NCBI RefSeq assembly: GCF_009834535.1
Contig: NC_045697.1
Coordinates: 32,242,001 to 32,306,000, forward strand
Direction: 5' to 3'
Source: Camelus ferus
Lineage: Eukaryota
DNA: 64,000 nt
Each line of letters begins with the position of its first letter. The stretch's first letter is position 1. The position numbers and the translations under genes are program-made. Positions 38,103 through 48,044 of this stretch are shown one piece after another. The notes under the pieces are model-generated. The model was not told the DNA's origin. It saw nothing but the letters and a program-made list of their open reading frames with translations, and searched no databases.

Positions 38103-39409
38103 AGTTATGGTTTTTAAATCAATTTTCAAACTAATTAATTTTTCAGAGCATACTGAAATTGAAAAGAGTGTTACTACCATTAGAATTAAACAGCAGCATG
38201 TATTTAATAGCACAAAATTAGACAATAACTTTCCACTTTTCATGAGAGGTAGTTCATGGGATAGAATCATCCAGTTGCTTTTCCTTAATTTTATTTTAGT
38301 GAAGGTATGTTCACTTGACACTAATATTCAGCTATTAGTCAAAACTCTATTTCTTCCGTTTGCAGATACTAACAGGTTTTGCCGCTGGAGGTCACTATTG
38401 ATCTATATTTTGAAAAACTTGTTTCTTGAAGATTAAGTGATGTAACTAGACGACTGTAGTGTGTGGTTTACAATTTAAAGAAACATTGCTGCTGGAAAAG
38501 TCTAAATTTAAACGGGGTTCCTAGGGACTAAAATATCATCCTTTGTGAATTAAGTGATTTCACAGAGCCAGTGAGTTTTCTAGAGATTTTGCTCAGAGAT
38601 AACTGAATAGTAATTATGTTCAAAATAGCTGTGTGTGTATTTTAGGAGACTTGAAAGTGCTTTACCAGTTCGAGGCAGTTATGGACTGGATGCTTTCCAA
38701 GTTCCCAGAGAATGATGGAGGAGACGGGGGCAGGGAAATGGAGGGAGTGTGCCCAGGTAAGAGGGCTGGGTTCTATTCTGGCTCTTTTATTCCCTGGCCA
38801 GGGACCTGACCTACTCTCTTACAGCCCAGTTTTTCCCTTTGTGAAGTGAAGGTGGAAGGCTCTTCATGATTTCAATAGTTCCTTCTGCCTGTCTTTCTAA
38901 GAGCACTTGTCAGTATCTGTCAGACTTTAAAGGTTTCAGATGAAAGGGAATAAAACTATTTTTCCTCTTTCATCTCCATGGTAGACACATTTCAAGAGAG
39001 CAAAACAAAAGTACTATGTTTTTGTGGTACCTAACATTTTACGACAGCAGAATGAAGTGAATATCGCTGGAAGATTTTCTTTTTCAGAGGTGTGGAGGGC
39101 ACTGCCACCCTGGAATGCTTATACCATTTTAGGTCAGGTGAATGTATTTTTCATCAGTTTTACTTAACAAATTATTATTTTATCAATGTGTGTTTTTTTT
39201 GCAATTATTCAGTTGGTGCTGATTGATCCAAAAGAGTAAAGATTCCTGGCCCAGGAGCTGTTGGATTCTTTTTCTTTCACAGCTTGCAGCCAAGAAAGGT
39301 TCACTCTCATGAACCCCTCACCCTCCCATTCCAGGCCTGGTGCTGTTTTCATCTCCAGCATTAGAGCCAGTGTCCCCCCAGTCCCGTGCCTCAGATCCGT
39401 CAATGATTA

Positions 39410-39438
39410 AAACACACACACACATACACACACACACA
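39410..39438. repeat. (CA)n microsatellite
   Basis: Direct reading. Confidence 0.85.
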
Positions 39439-39644
39439 AACACTAGTGTTTGTAGCACACTCTAAAAGGAATTTTACACATTAAATTTTTTTGTAACACC
39501 TTGCGAATTAAAACAAGTAGTATTACCTACCCCTTTTTGGCGTTTCAGAAATTCTCTTTTACACCAGGTTCAGTTCACAGCATTCTGCTCTGGGTGTTTT
39601 CTTGTGTTGGCAACCCTGGATGGGTAGACTGTCTTACCGCCGTC

Positions 39645-40034
39645 TATTATGGGCTGCATTGTGTCCACACGAAGTTCTTATGTTGACACCTCAACTCCCA
39701 GTAACTCAGAATGTAACTGTATTTAGATAGGGCCTTTAAGGAGACAGTGAAGTTAACATAAGGTCATTAGTGAGGGCCTTAACCCAATCTAACCAGTGTC
39801 TTTATAGGAAGGGAAATTTGGACACACGTAGAGACACCGCGGTGTCCATGCCCAGAGGAAAGACCATGTGAGGACAAAGCAAGAAAGGTGACCATTTGCA
39901 AACCAGAGAGAGAGGCCTGGGAAGAAAAGAAACCTACTGACACCTTGATCTTGGACTTCCAGCCCCCAGAAATGTATGAAAATTAAGTTCTCTGGTTTAA
40001 GCTACCTTTTGTCATGGGAGCCTTGACTAAGACA
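39645..40034 (+). mobile_element. MLT1B-like MaLR solo LTR
   Basis: tattatgggctgcattgtgtcc...ctcagaatgtaactgtattt...gacaccttgatcttggacttccagcc...gactaagaca. Confidence 0.9.
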
Positions 40035-40350
40035 TCATCCATCCATCCATCCATCCATCCATCTGCAGAGAATGACCTAGTATCTAACATGCCAAGTACT
40101 GTGTTGATCTTTGGGATACAGAGATAAAAGATACAGTGCATGTCCTCAAGGCCCTCGTAATCTAGTGCTACATGTGCTTACAGTGGTAATCTTGGGGGAA
40201 GGGGAGGCAAACAGCTAATACTAGAAGGTGTGCTGAGGTCTGACAGGGGACCCATGGAGGATAATGTAAGTACAGAGGAGAAGGCTTTATCTCAGCTGGA
40301 GTTAAAATGGGGTAGAAGTGGAGGTAGTGAATCCAGAGAAGGTAGCTTGA
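40035..40350 (-). mobile_element. L2 3' fragment with (ATCC)n tail
   Basis: (ATCC)n, then atgccaagtactgtgttg...gggatacagagataaaagatacag...cctcaagg. Confidence 0.65.
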
Positions 40351-40999
40351 AGAATGGTGAGAGTTAAACACCTCCTCACCCCACAAACCATTTCATAGGA
40401 TCTAGTCTTGGTCTTAGGCTCCATCTGGGTGAAGGCCAGTTATCTGCCAAGACATTCTTGATTTCAAATATGTAGGTATGTTCAAATATGTAGATTTTCA
40501 GGGTGGTTAGCCTCTGGGTTTTCTTTGCCCTTCCTCTGTCAACAAACTTAACACAGCTCTGATACCTACTTTTCACCTGAAGTACCTACTCCTTCCTTTC
40601 TCTCAGAGTCCCTTGGGAAGCCATGTCTCAGCACATGCAACTGGTTCTTCTTGTATCTTGTGAAAACCTGTAATTCATTGTTCTGGACATGTAACAATTT
40701 CTCCTGCCCAGCAGAAGTTAACCAGGCCATTGCAGACCTTGCTCTAAGACCTAACAGTCTCTGTATGGAATAATGCAGAGATGATACACATGTCTACACA
40801 AGCCAGGCCATAGGCTTCCTTCCAAGTATCCCTTGTTTATGGGATCATCGTAAGTTTTTGCAGCTCATGTATACCTAACTGTCCTTAGAAAATTAGAGAC
40901 AAACATGACTGCTATTAGTTTGGTAACACCGCTGAACACAGAGAAAATATTGTCTACTTTGAAATAGATTTACAATGGCCATAAGTAACGTAGGGCTTG

Positions 41000-41175
41000 A
41001 GAGAAGGTGGTATCATTGAACTTGCGGTTATCCATACAGAAAAAAAAAATTTGGATATCTAAAAACAAAAAATGAATTTAACCTCTTCTTTACACCATAC
41101 ACAAAAATGAAGTCTAGGTGTCTTAAAGATTTAAGTTTGAGTGGTAAGTTTAAGCAGAACTTCTAAGAGTAAATA
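41000..41175 (+). mobile_element. Old L1 ORF2 fragment
   Basis: ggttatccatacagaaaaaa...ctttacaccatacacaaaaatgaagtctaggtg...aaagatttaa. Confidence 0.65.
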
Positions 41176-42215
41176 AAGCTCACCGGGAAGAACCATGAGC
41201 ACCTTTGAGACTGGACTTCACAGTGTTGGCCCGTTTGCCTGCTCATGTGACCACACTGAGTAACGGTGACAAGGCCTCCTACACAGATGCCTGAGCACGT
41301 TAGGAGGGACAGAGGTTCTCTTGGGAAAGAGACGGAGGGAGCTGGAGCTTCAAGCTTCAGCGTGAGCTGCTGCTGAGCCTGTAGGTCCGTCTGCAAAGAG
41401 CCTCCTGCTCTTGGTTTGTAGCCCTAGGCTCAGCTTAATTAGAATGTTTAGGGGACAAGCTAGGTATTTTGAATGCAGCCACTCAGAAAGTGATCCTTGT
41501 AGCCTTTTTGGTAAACAATTATTTCTTATTCTGAAGAGAAGCAAGAGATGTTTTTACACTGTTGTAGAACACACAGAACAGTGACTTGTGTTTCAGTCTT
41601 TTGTAGGTGAGCTGTGAACTTCCACTCTTAGCACCGTCACCCAGCACATTTTCCTCACACAGGGTTTAGCATCATTGTAGTGGAAATGGGGAAGGGGAGG
41701 GCTCTGTTTTATATCCAGAACCTATGCTTATGCCTTTAGTTGTGCCTGAAAATTGGATCCACTACAAATCTTTGAATGAGAAATCCACATTTACCATCTA
41801 TTTCTGGAGAGACCTTCCAGTTAAGAGTTCATAGTTATAGCCCAAAGAGGCTTTGAGGAAATCCTTCAATATGGCCACGGTCCTGCTAAGGTTGGGTGGA
41901 GGCTGCAGGAGTCTTGGACATACTGTTGGCCACCTGATGTGCCTCTCCTGTTGCTTTTCATTGTTTTACTTCTCCCATGCTGCTAATTTGTCTTCCCTTG
42001 CATGGTCTTTCCTGCTCATCCAAATCATCTTTCAAACACAGTTTTGCTGGAAAATATTAAATGGCACTTCATAAACCTAAAGGAATGTCTGGATTCAAAT
42101 ATCTAATCCTTCAGTAAAATCTGTTAGCACTACTAATTGCTGGATTTCAGGATACTGTATGTTGCTTTCCATGGATATCAATGAAATAGCTTTTATCCAC
42201 CCTCTATTCCTACTT

Positions 42216-42321
42216 CCTTTTTTCTTTTTCTTTTTTTCTTTTCTTTTTTTTTTTTACATTTTTTTTTTATTGAATTATAGTCATCTTACAATGTTGTGTC
42301 AAATTCCAATGTAGAGCACAA
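42216..42321 (-). mobile_element. Extremely truncated young (camelid-type) L1 3' end
   Basis: Poly-T tail, then ttattgaattatagtcatcttacaatgttgtgtcaaattccaatgtagagcacaa. Flanked by cctactt at 42209 and 42322. Confidence 0.7.
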
Positions 42322-42480
42322 CCTACTTTTTTCTGTCCTCCTTTAAACAAATATTTATTGAGGGCTAGGTACTTTCTAAGTAATGAGAATACCGAAGTGA
42401 ACACAATAAAGTCTCTTATTCTAATACAATGACACGAATCGTAAACATTAAAATATAATATATTACATTATAATATGTAT

Positions 42481-42890
42481 TGTTGCTCTCCCAACTTGAC
42501 TGCCAGCCCTGAAGCTAGCAGAGCAGTGGACAACCACACATCCTTCTCTAACCTCAGCTCTTTTTTTTGACTTTCTAGCATGAGCCTCTGCCTCCAGTTG
42601 AGCATCAGCGTCTAGCCAACCTGCCCACAGTAGACGCCAGCCCCTGCACAGTCATTTGTCTCCCTTCTTTGCCGCAGTGCACCCTGTGCACTTCTTCCAA
42701 CTGGCCTGCATTTTCAGGGCATCTTGGTACTCACTCCACAGTCCACAAGCATCTCACATATGGGTGAGCCCTCACCCACTTAGATGTCAATGGCCAACCC
42801 AGGGTTTCCAACACAGATGCCTCTTTTCAGAGTCTCATTTCTTCAGTCTCCTGGCTGGCTTGCCAATTGTTGGTTCACAACTTCAAGAAT
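42481..42890 (-). mobile_element. ERV 5' internal relic: LTR-end stub, tRNA-Arg PBS and gag-like N-terminus
   Basis: Minus strand reads ...aaCA-at-TGGCAAGCCAGCCAGGAG (42865-42848), a 17/18 match to the complement of the tRNA-Arg(ACG) 3' end. Downstream open stretch ELRLEKDVWLSTALLASGLAVKLGEQ. Confidence 0.6.
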
Positions 42891-42945
42891 TCCCAGAGTG
42901 AAATTTGAAATTGGACCCTGTATACGGAAGGCAAAGAGAGACCCA

Positions 42946-44009
42946 AGAAAGAGGCTGGAGAGGGTGCGGCAAAAAAGGAACCCCCCTACACTGTTGGTGG
43001 GAATGTAAATTGGTGCAGCCACTATGGAGGTTCCTTAATAGTGTCTTGTCTTATGTTTAAATCTTTAAGCCATTTTGAGGTTTTTTTTTGTGTGTGGTAT
43101 GAGGGAGTATTATAACTTCATTTATTTACATGCAGCTGTCTAGTTTTCCTAACACCATTTGCTGAAGAGACTGTCTTTACTCCATTGTATGTACTTGCCT
43201 CCTTTGTCAAAGATTAATTGACCAAAAGTTTGTGGGTTTATTTCTGGGCTCTCTATTCTGTTTCATTGATCCATATGTCTATTTTTGTACCAATACCATG
43301 CTGTTTTGATTACTTGGAGTTTCCTTAAAAAACTAAAATTAAACTTGCTATGTGATCCAGCAATTCCACTCCTGGGCATATATCTGGAGAAATCTAGAAC
43401 TTGAAAAGATACATGCACCCGAATGTTCCCAGCCTCACTGTATACAATAGCCAAGACATGGAAGCAAGCTAAATGTCCATTAACAGATGACTGGATAAAG
43501 AAGTTGTAGTATATTTATACAATGGAATACTACTCAGCTGTAAAAAAAAGAATGAAATAATGCCATTTGCAGCAACATGGATGAACCTAGAGATTATCAT
43601 ACTAAGTGAAGTAAGCCAGACAGAGAAACACAAATATCCTATAATGTCACTTATATATGGAATCTAAAAAAAAATTGCAAATTTTATGTACAAACCAGAA
43701 ATAGACTCACAAACATAGAAAACAAACTGTGGCTACCAGGAGGGAAAAGGGGTGGCTAGGGATAGATTAGAAGTTTGGTATTAACAGATGCACATTACTA
43801 TATATGAAATAGATAGACAACAGGGACCTACTGTATAGCACAGGAAACTATATTTAATTTCTTGTAATGAGTCATAATGGAAAAGAAACTAAAAAAAAAA
43901 TTCTATATATGTATATGTGCAACTGAATTGCTTTGCTGTACACCTGAAACTAACATCATAAATTGACTACACTTCAATAAAATAAAAGAAAAAAAATTTT
44001 TAAAAAAAG
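42946..44009 (+). mobile_element. Lineage-specific L1 3' end (sense) carrying an antisense L1 ORF2 insert at 43039-43314
   Basis: gctggagaggg...acactgttggtgggaatgtaa...gatccagcaattccactcctgggcatata...ttcaataaaataaaagaaaaaaa. The insert encodes VIKTAWYWYKNRHMDQ on the minus strand. Confidence 0.9.
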
Positions 44010-44010
44010 A

Positions 44011-44550
44011 TCACCTCCAGGTGAGGGCCATTGGAGGTGACTGGAGGCCTCATGTTGAGCTCACTTTTCACTGTCCCCCAGAAATAAAAGTCTTTGGTTG
44101 ACACTGGAGCCAAATGTAACCTAATGCATGTAACCCTCAGAACTTTTTCTGGCCCTCTCAGTGCCACTGATGGTTACAGAGGGTAGACAGTTATAGTCAG
44201 TAAGGTCCCTATGACACTGCAAATTGGGTGTTTTTTCCCAATGAGTGTACAGTTTTTATCTCTCTAATACCAGAGAACATATTGGGTACTGACATCCTAC
44301 AAGGTCAAATTCTGCCAACCTCTATTGGTAAATTCTACCTCCAGGTTAAAGTAATCAAACCAGCGCTCAGAGGAAATACCAACTGGGAGCCAGTAAGTCT
44401 ACCACCCAAGGGATGAGTGGTAATTGTCAAACAATGTAAATTGCCTGGGGATGGGCATAAATAAATAGGAGAAACTACCCAAGAACTGCACTGAACAGGT
44501 ATTGTACACCTTGCCCATAGTGCATCCAACAGCCCAGAATGGCTGTTGAA
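44011..44550 (+). mobile_element. Class III (ERVL-like) protease plus RT N-terminus relic
   Basis: GGDWRPHVEL.../SLVDTGAKCNLMH (catalytic D at 44100-44102), ILGTDIL, VKVIKPALRGNTNWEPVSLP and KQCKLPG...TQELH*TGIV...NSPEW. Frameshifted and stopped. Confidence 0.85.
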
Positions 44551-45324
44551 CAACAGTTTTAAAGATGAATAAACAATTGTAAATATGGATAAAGGAAGGT
44601 AAAAACAAGGTGACTGGTGGAGATGGGGGGCTAGAAGGTGCTATTTTTTAGATAGTTGTCCGGAAGGTGACATTTGATCAATAACTGAAAGTAACTAAGG
44701 AATGAACCATGTAGATACTAGGAAAAATAGGATTTGAAGTGAAGTAGAAGACAGAAAGTGCAAATGTCCTGAGGTAGAGTTTGCTTGGTGTGTTAAAGCA
44801 ACAGCAATGGAGTCCAGTAAACCTGGAGGAGAGTGAGTAAGTTAGTAGTGGTGGCCATAAGCCCTGAGTGATCTCCTGGATTATAGGTAACAGATTTGTG
44901 AATTTAGTCTTAGTAAAAAGTGAAGCAAAAAGATTTTATTATTTGCAGAAAAAATTTTCAGATAGCTTTCTGCTAAACTTCCTGAAATTCCTAAAGTTGA
45001 TTAACAGTTCTAGTTCCAATTCTGCTGGGCTTTGTAGTCAGTCATAATTGGAAAGAATTAAACTTTTATGTATTAAACAAATACAGATAAACAATATTCT
45101 GGGGAGGTATGCAATATCCCAAAAGTAAGTGATAATAACATTCTAAGTTGATAAATAATAGCAATATAACTGTTGCAGCTGTTCTGAACTATGTGTGGAA
45201 GCACTCAGGCATTGTCAATTACTGTCAGGCGTTAGGGTGAAACTTGAAAATTATTTCTTAATATTTCCTCTTTTAGTAAGCATTCTATGTTTAAGCATTA
45301 CCAAACACTGTCAAAATAAATGCG

Positions 45325-45660
45325 TTTTTTTTAATTGAAGTGTAGTTGGTTTACAATATTGTGTTGATTTCTGGTGAACATCATAGTGATTCATATATAT
45401 ATTTATCTATATTCATTTTCATATTCTTTTTCATTATAGGCTATTACAAAGTATTGAATATATTTCCCTGGGCTATACAGTAGGACCTTGTTGTTTATCT
45501 GTTTTATATGTAGTAGTTAGTATCTGCAAATCGGGAAATCCCAGTTTAACCCTCCAACCCTCCCCTTTCCCCACAGTAACCATAAGTTTGTTTTCCATAT
45601 CTGTGATTCTGTTTCTGCTCACTTGTGTCATTTTTTTTAGATTCCACATATAAGTGTTTT
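45325..45660 (-). mobile_element. Lineage-specific L1 3' end, truncated
   Basis: ttttttaattgaagtgtagttggtttacaa...gctatacagtaggaccttg...tagattccacatataagtg. Confidence 0.88.
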
Positions 45661-45679
45661 TCATACTGAACTAGTTAAG

Positions 45680-45860
45680 ACCAGGATTAGTCTGAATCTG
45701 ACACATACTTACTCTTTTACTTGAAGCAAATTCCCCCAACATCTTTGAGTCTCAGTTTCTTTATTCTTAGCATAAGTATAACAGTCTCAAATTCACAGAT
45801 AATGTCTATTTAGCACTTACCCCAGTTTTTACCACATAGTAAGTATTTTAAAATAGTTGT
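45680..45860 (+). mobile_element. MIR SINE
   Basis: gtctgaatctgacac...ttgaagcaaattcccc...tctttgagtctcagtttcttta...cacatagtaagta. Confidence 0.6.
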
Positions 45861-46349
45861 AGCTATAATAATTATATTGTTTTTGTCTTTCCTGGTATTG
45901 TCACATATTGTAACTAAAATAGATCACGTATTTGCATTCTGTTCACTAAGGCATACTTACTAATGCTTATTGATACACTCCATTTTTTATATTCTGAGGA
46001 TCCAAAAATAGTACGTACAAGAATAAAACAAAGAAATAGATCCTACAGATGCAAATGATTTAGACAGATACACAATATATTCTTTTATACAAAGCAATTA
46101 ACATGAAATTTTAATTTCAGAATAGCCAGTGACTGCTTAGTATTATCAGGACTTTTTTTTTTTTTTTTTTTGTACAAAGAATGTTTGACAATGCTTATTT
46201 TTTTCTTGACTCACCTGGCATCATGCTGATAATATGTTCCAAAAATGCTTGGCAAAGAAAGTTTGTGTCTTCGTGTGTATGTGTGTGTGCGTGTGTTGTG
46301 TGTGTGAGAGAGAGACAGCAAGAGAGAGTGAGATTTAAAAAGTAAAGCA

Positions 46350-47003
46350 CAGTTGGGTCTCTTGTGCATTGCTGATAGGAATGTAAAATGGCACAGCGAC
46401 TATGGAAAACAAAATGGCAGGTCCTCAAAAAGTCAAGCATAGAATTACTATGTGGTCCGGCAATTTCACGTCTACGTATAAACCCAAAAGAATTGAAAAC
46501 AGGAACCAAAACAGATACATGTGCACCAACATTCGTAGCAACATTATTCACAATAACCAAAAAAAATGGAAACAACTCAAATATCCATCACTAAATGAAT
46601 GGATAAACAAAATTGGATATATACATACAATGGACTATGATTCAGCCTAAAAAGGAGTGGAATTCTGATACATGCTACAACATAGACAAAACCTGGAAAA
46701 CATTGTGCAATTTGGAATAAGCCGGATTAAAAACTATTACATTATTCCACTTACAAGAGCTACATAGAATAGGCAGATTTATAGAGGTAGAAAGTATAAC
46801 GGAGGTTATCAGAGGCTGGGAGAAGGGGAAAATGGGGAGTTTCCGTTTAATGAGTACAAAGTATAAAGTTCTAGAAATGGATAGGAGTGATGGTTGTACA
46901 GTATTGTGAATGTATTTAATCCCACGGAATTGGAGGCTTGAAATGGTTAAAATGGTAAATCTTATGTCTGTATATTTTACCTCAATTAAAAAAGAAAAAA
47001 ATA
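46350..47003 (+). mobile_element. L1MB-type 3' end
   Basis: ORF relic W.VLKK.SIEL..GPAI..L.I.PKELKTGT.TDTC.P.FVATLFTI; ends tatattttacctcaattaaaaaagaaaaaaa. Confidence 0.9.
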
Positions 47004-47998
47004 ATCTGTTCAGAAATTTAGAAAGCAGAGTACCTTCCAAAATAAATTGGTTAAAAATATTGCCCAGATAAATGCAATTATTTATTTAGTGGTACCTGGT
47101 GGATTTTCCATTCATTCATTGAAAATTTATTACAAGTTATGGTTGTTTTCCCAGCTCATTTCTCAGAACATAATGTGCCAGCCAGGCAGTCTGGGGAGAC
47201 GGGAATGGGGTGTTAATCTTTTTACATCCTCCAGAGTTGTTTTAGCTTATCGTGGTAACTTGGTGCCTCCTGTCACAGAGATTGCTTCAGAGGTTAGTCC
47301 AGGCATAAGACAGTGTATTAAGGGTTACAGTGTTAATGTCTCCGAAGGAGCACAGCTGTAGACTAACTACCTCAGCTACTGAAGGCTTCCATTCTCCAAG
47401 AAAGGGAGAGTTGACTGTGTCAGGGACACTTCTATAGCCTCGCATCACAAAACACAACCAGCCTATACTAAAAACTTTGTTCCAAGTAAATTCACTGGCT
47501 TGTGATGCAAGATTATAGGCTCACCTGTCCTTGGTATTTTTTTTTTGGAGTTTAAAAATGAATTGAAGCTACTAGAAAAACCACTGCCAAAGAGGAGAAG
47601 CATGTGAAGCTATAAAAAAAAATGTTACCTGTGTTTTCTTTCTCTTTGTTTAATATGCTAAATGCAGAAGAGTGCTGGGTATGTTCCTAGGTTCATTTAA
47701 CCTAAAATCTGTAATTTTGCCCAAGAACATTCAGAACAGAGTGTCCACCTCCACCCACAGCCCCACTTACTTAAAGCAAGAGAATCTTCTAAAGCAAATG
47801 GAGACAAATTGTTCTCAGCCTGAAACAAAATCACCTTTGGTGGTGGTGGAAAGGTCCTTTGATGACAAAGAATACAATAGCTGAAGTTATTTTGGTTCTA
47901 TTTCTCTGCTCAGTAAGTGCAGGCTTGTATCCTTTCTCCTCCCTTCCTCCCTTTTCCCATTATCTATCAAAAGAGGAACAGCAAAAATAAAGCAAGTT

Positions 47999-48044
47999 GA
48001 AATAAAACAAAACAAAACAAAACAAAATAAAATAAAATAAAATA
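47999..48044. repeat. (AAAAC)n(AAAAT)n pentanucleotide repeat
   Basis: Direct reading. Confidence 0.85.

Larger units (their letters stand above)
42340..44845 (-). mobile_element. L2 relic split by the ERV/L1 cassette (L2 at ~42340-42480 and ~44555-44845)
   Basis: aaacaaatatttattgag...gaagtgaaca on the left; ggaaggtgacatttga...aaccatgtagata...aagtgcaaatgtcctgaggtagag.ttgcttggtgtgtt on the right. Confidence 0.65.
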
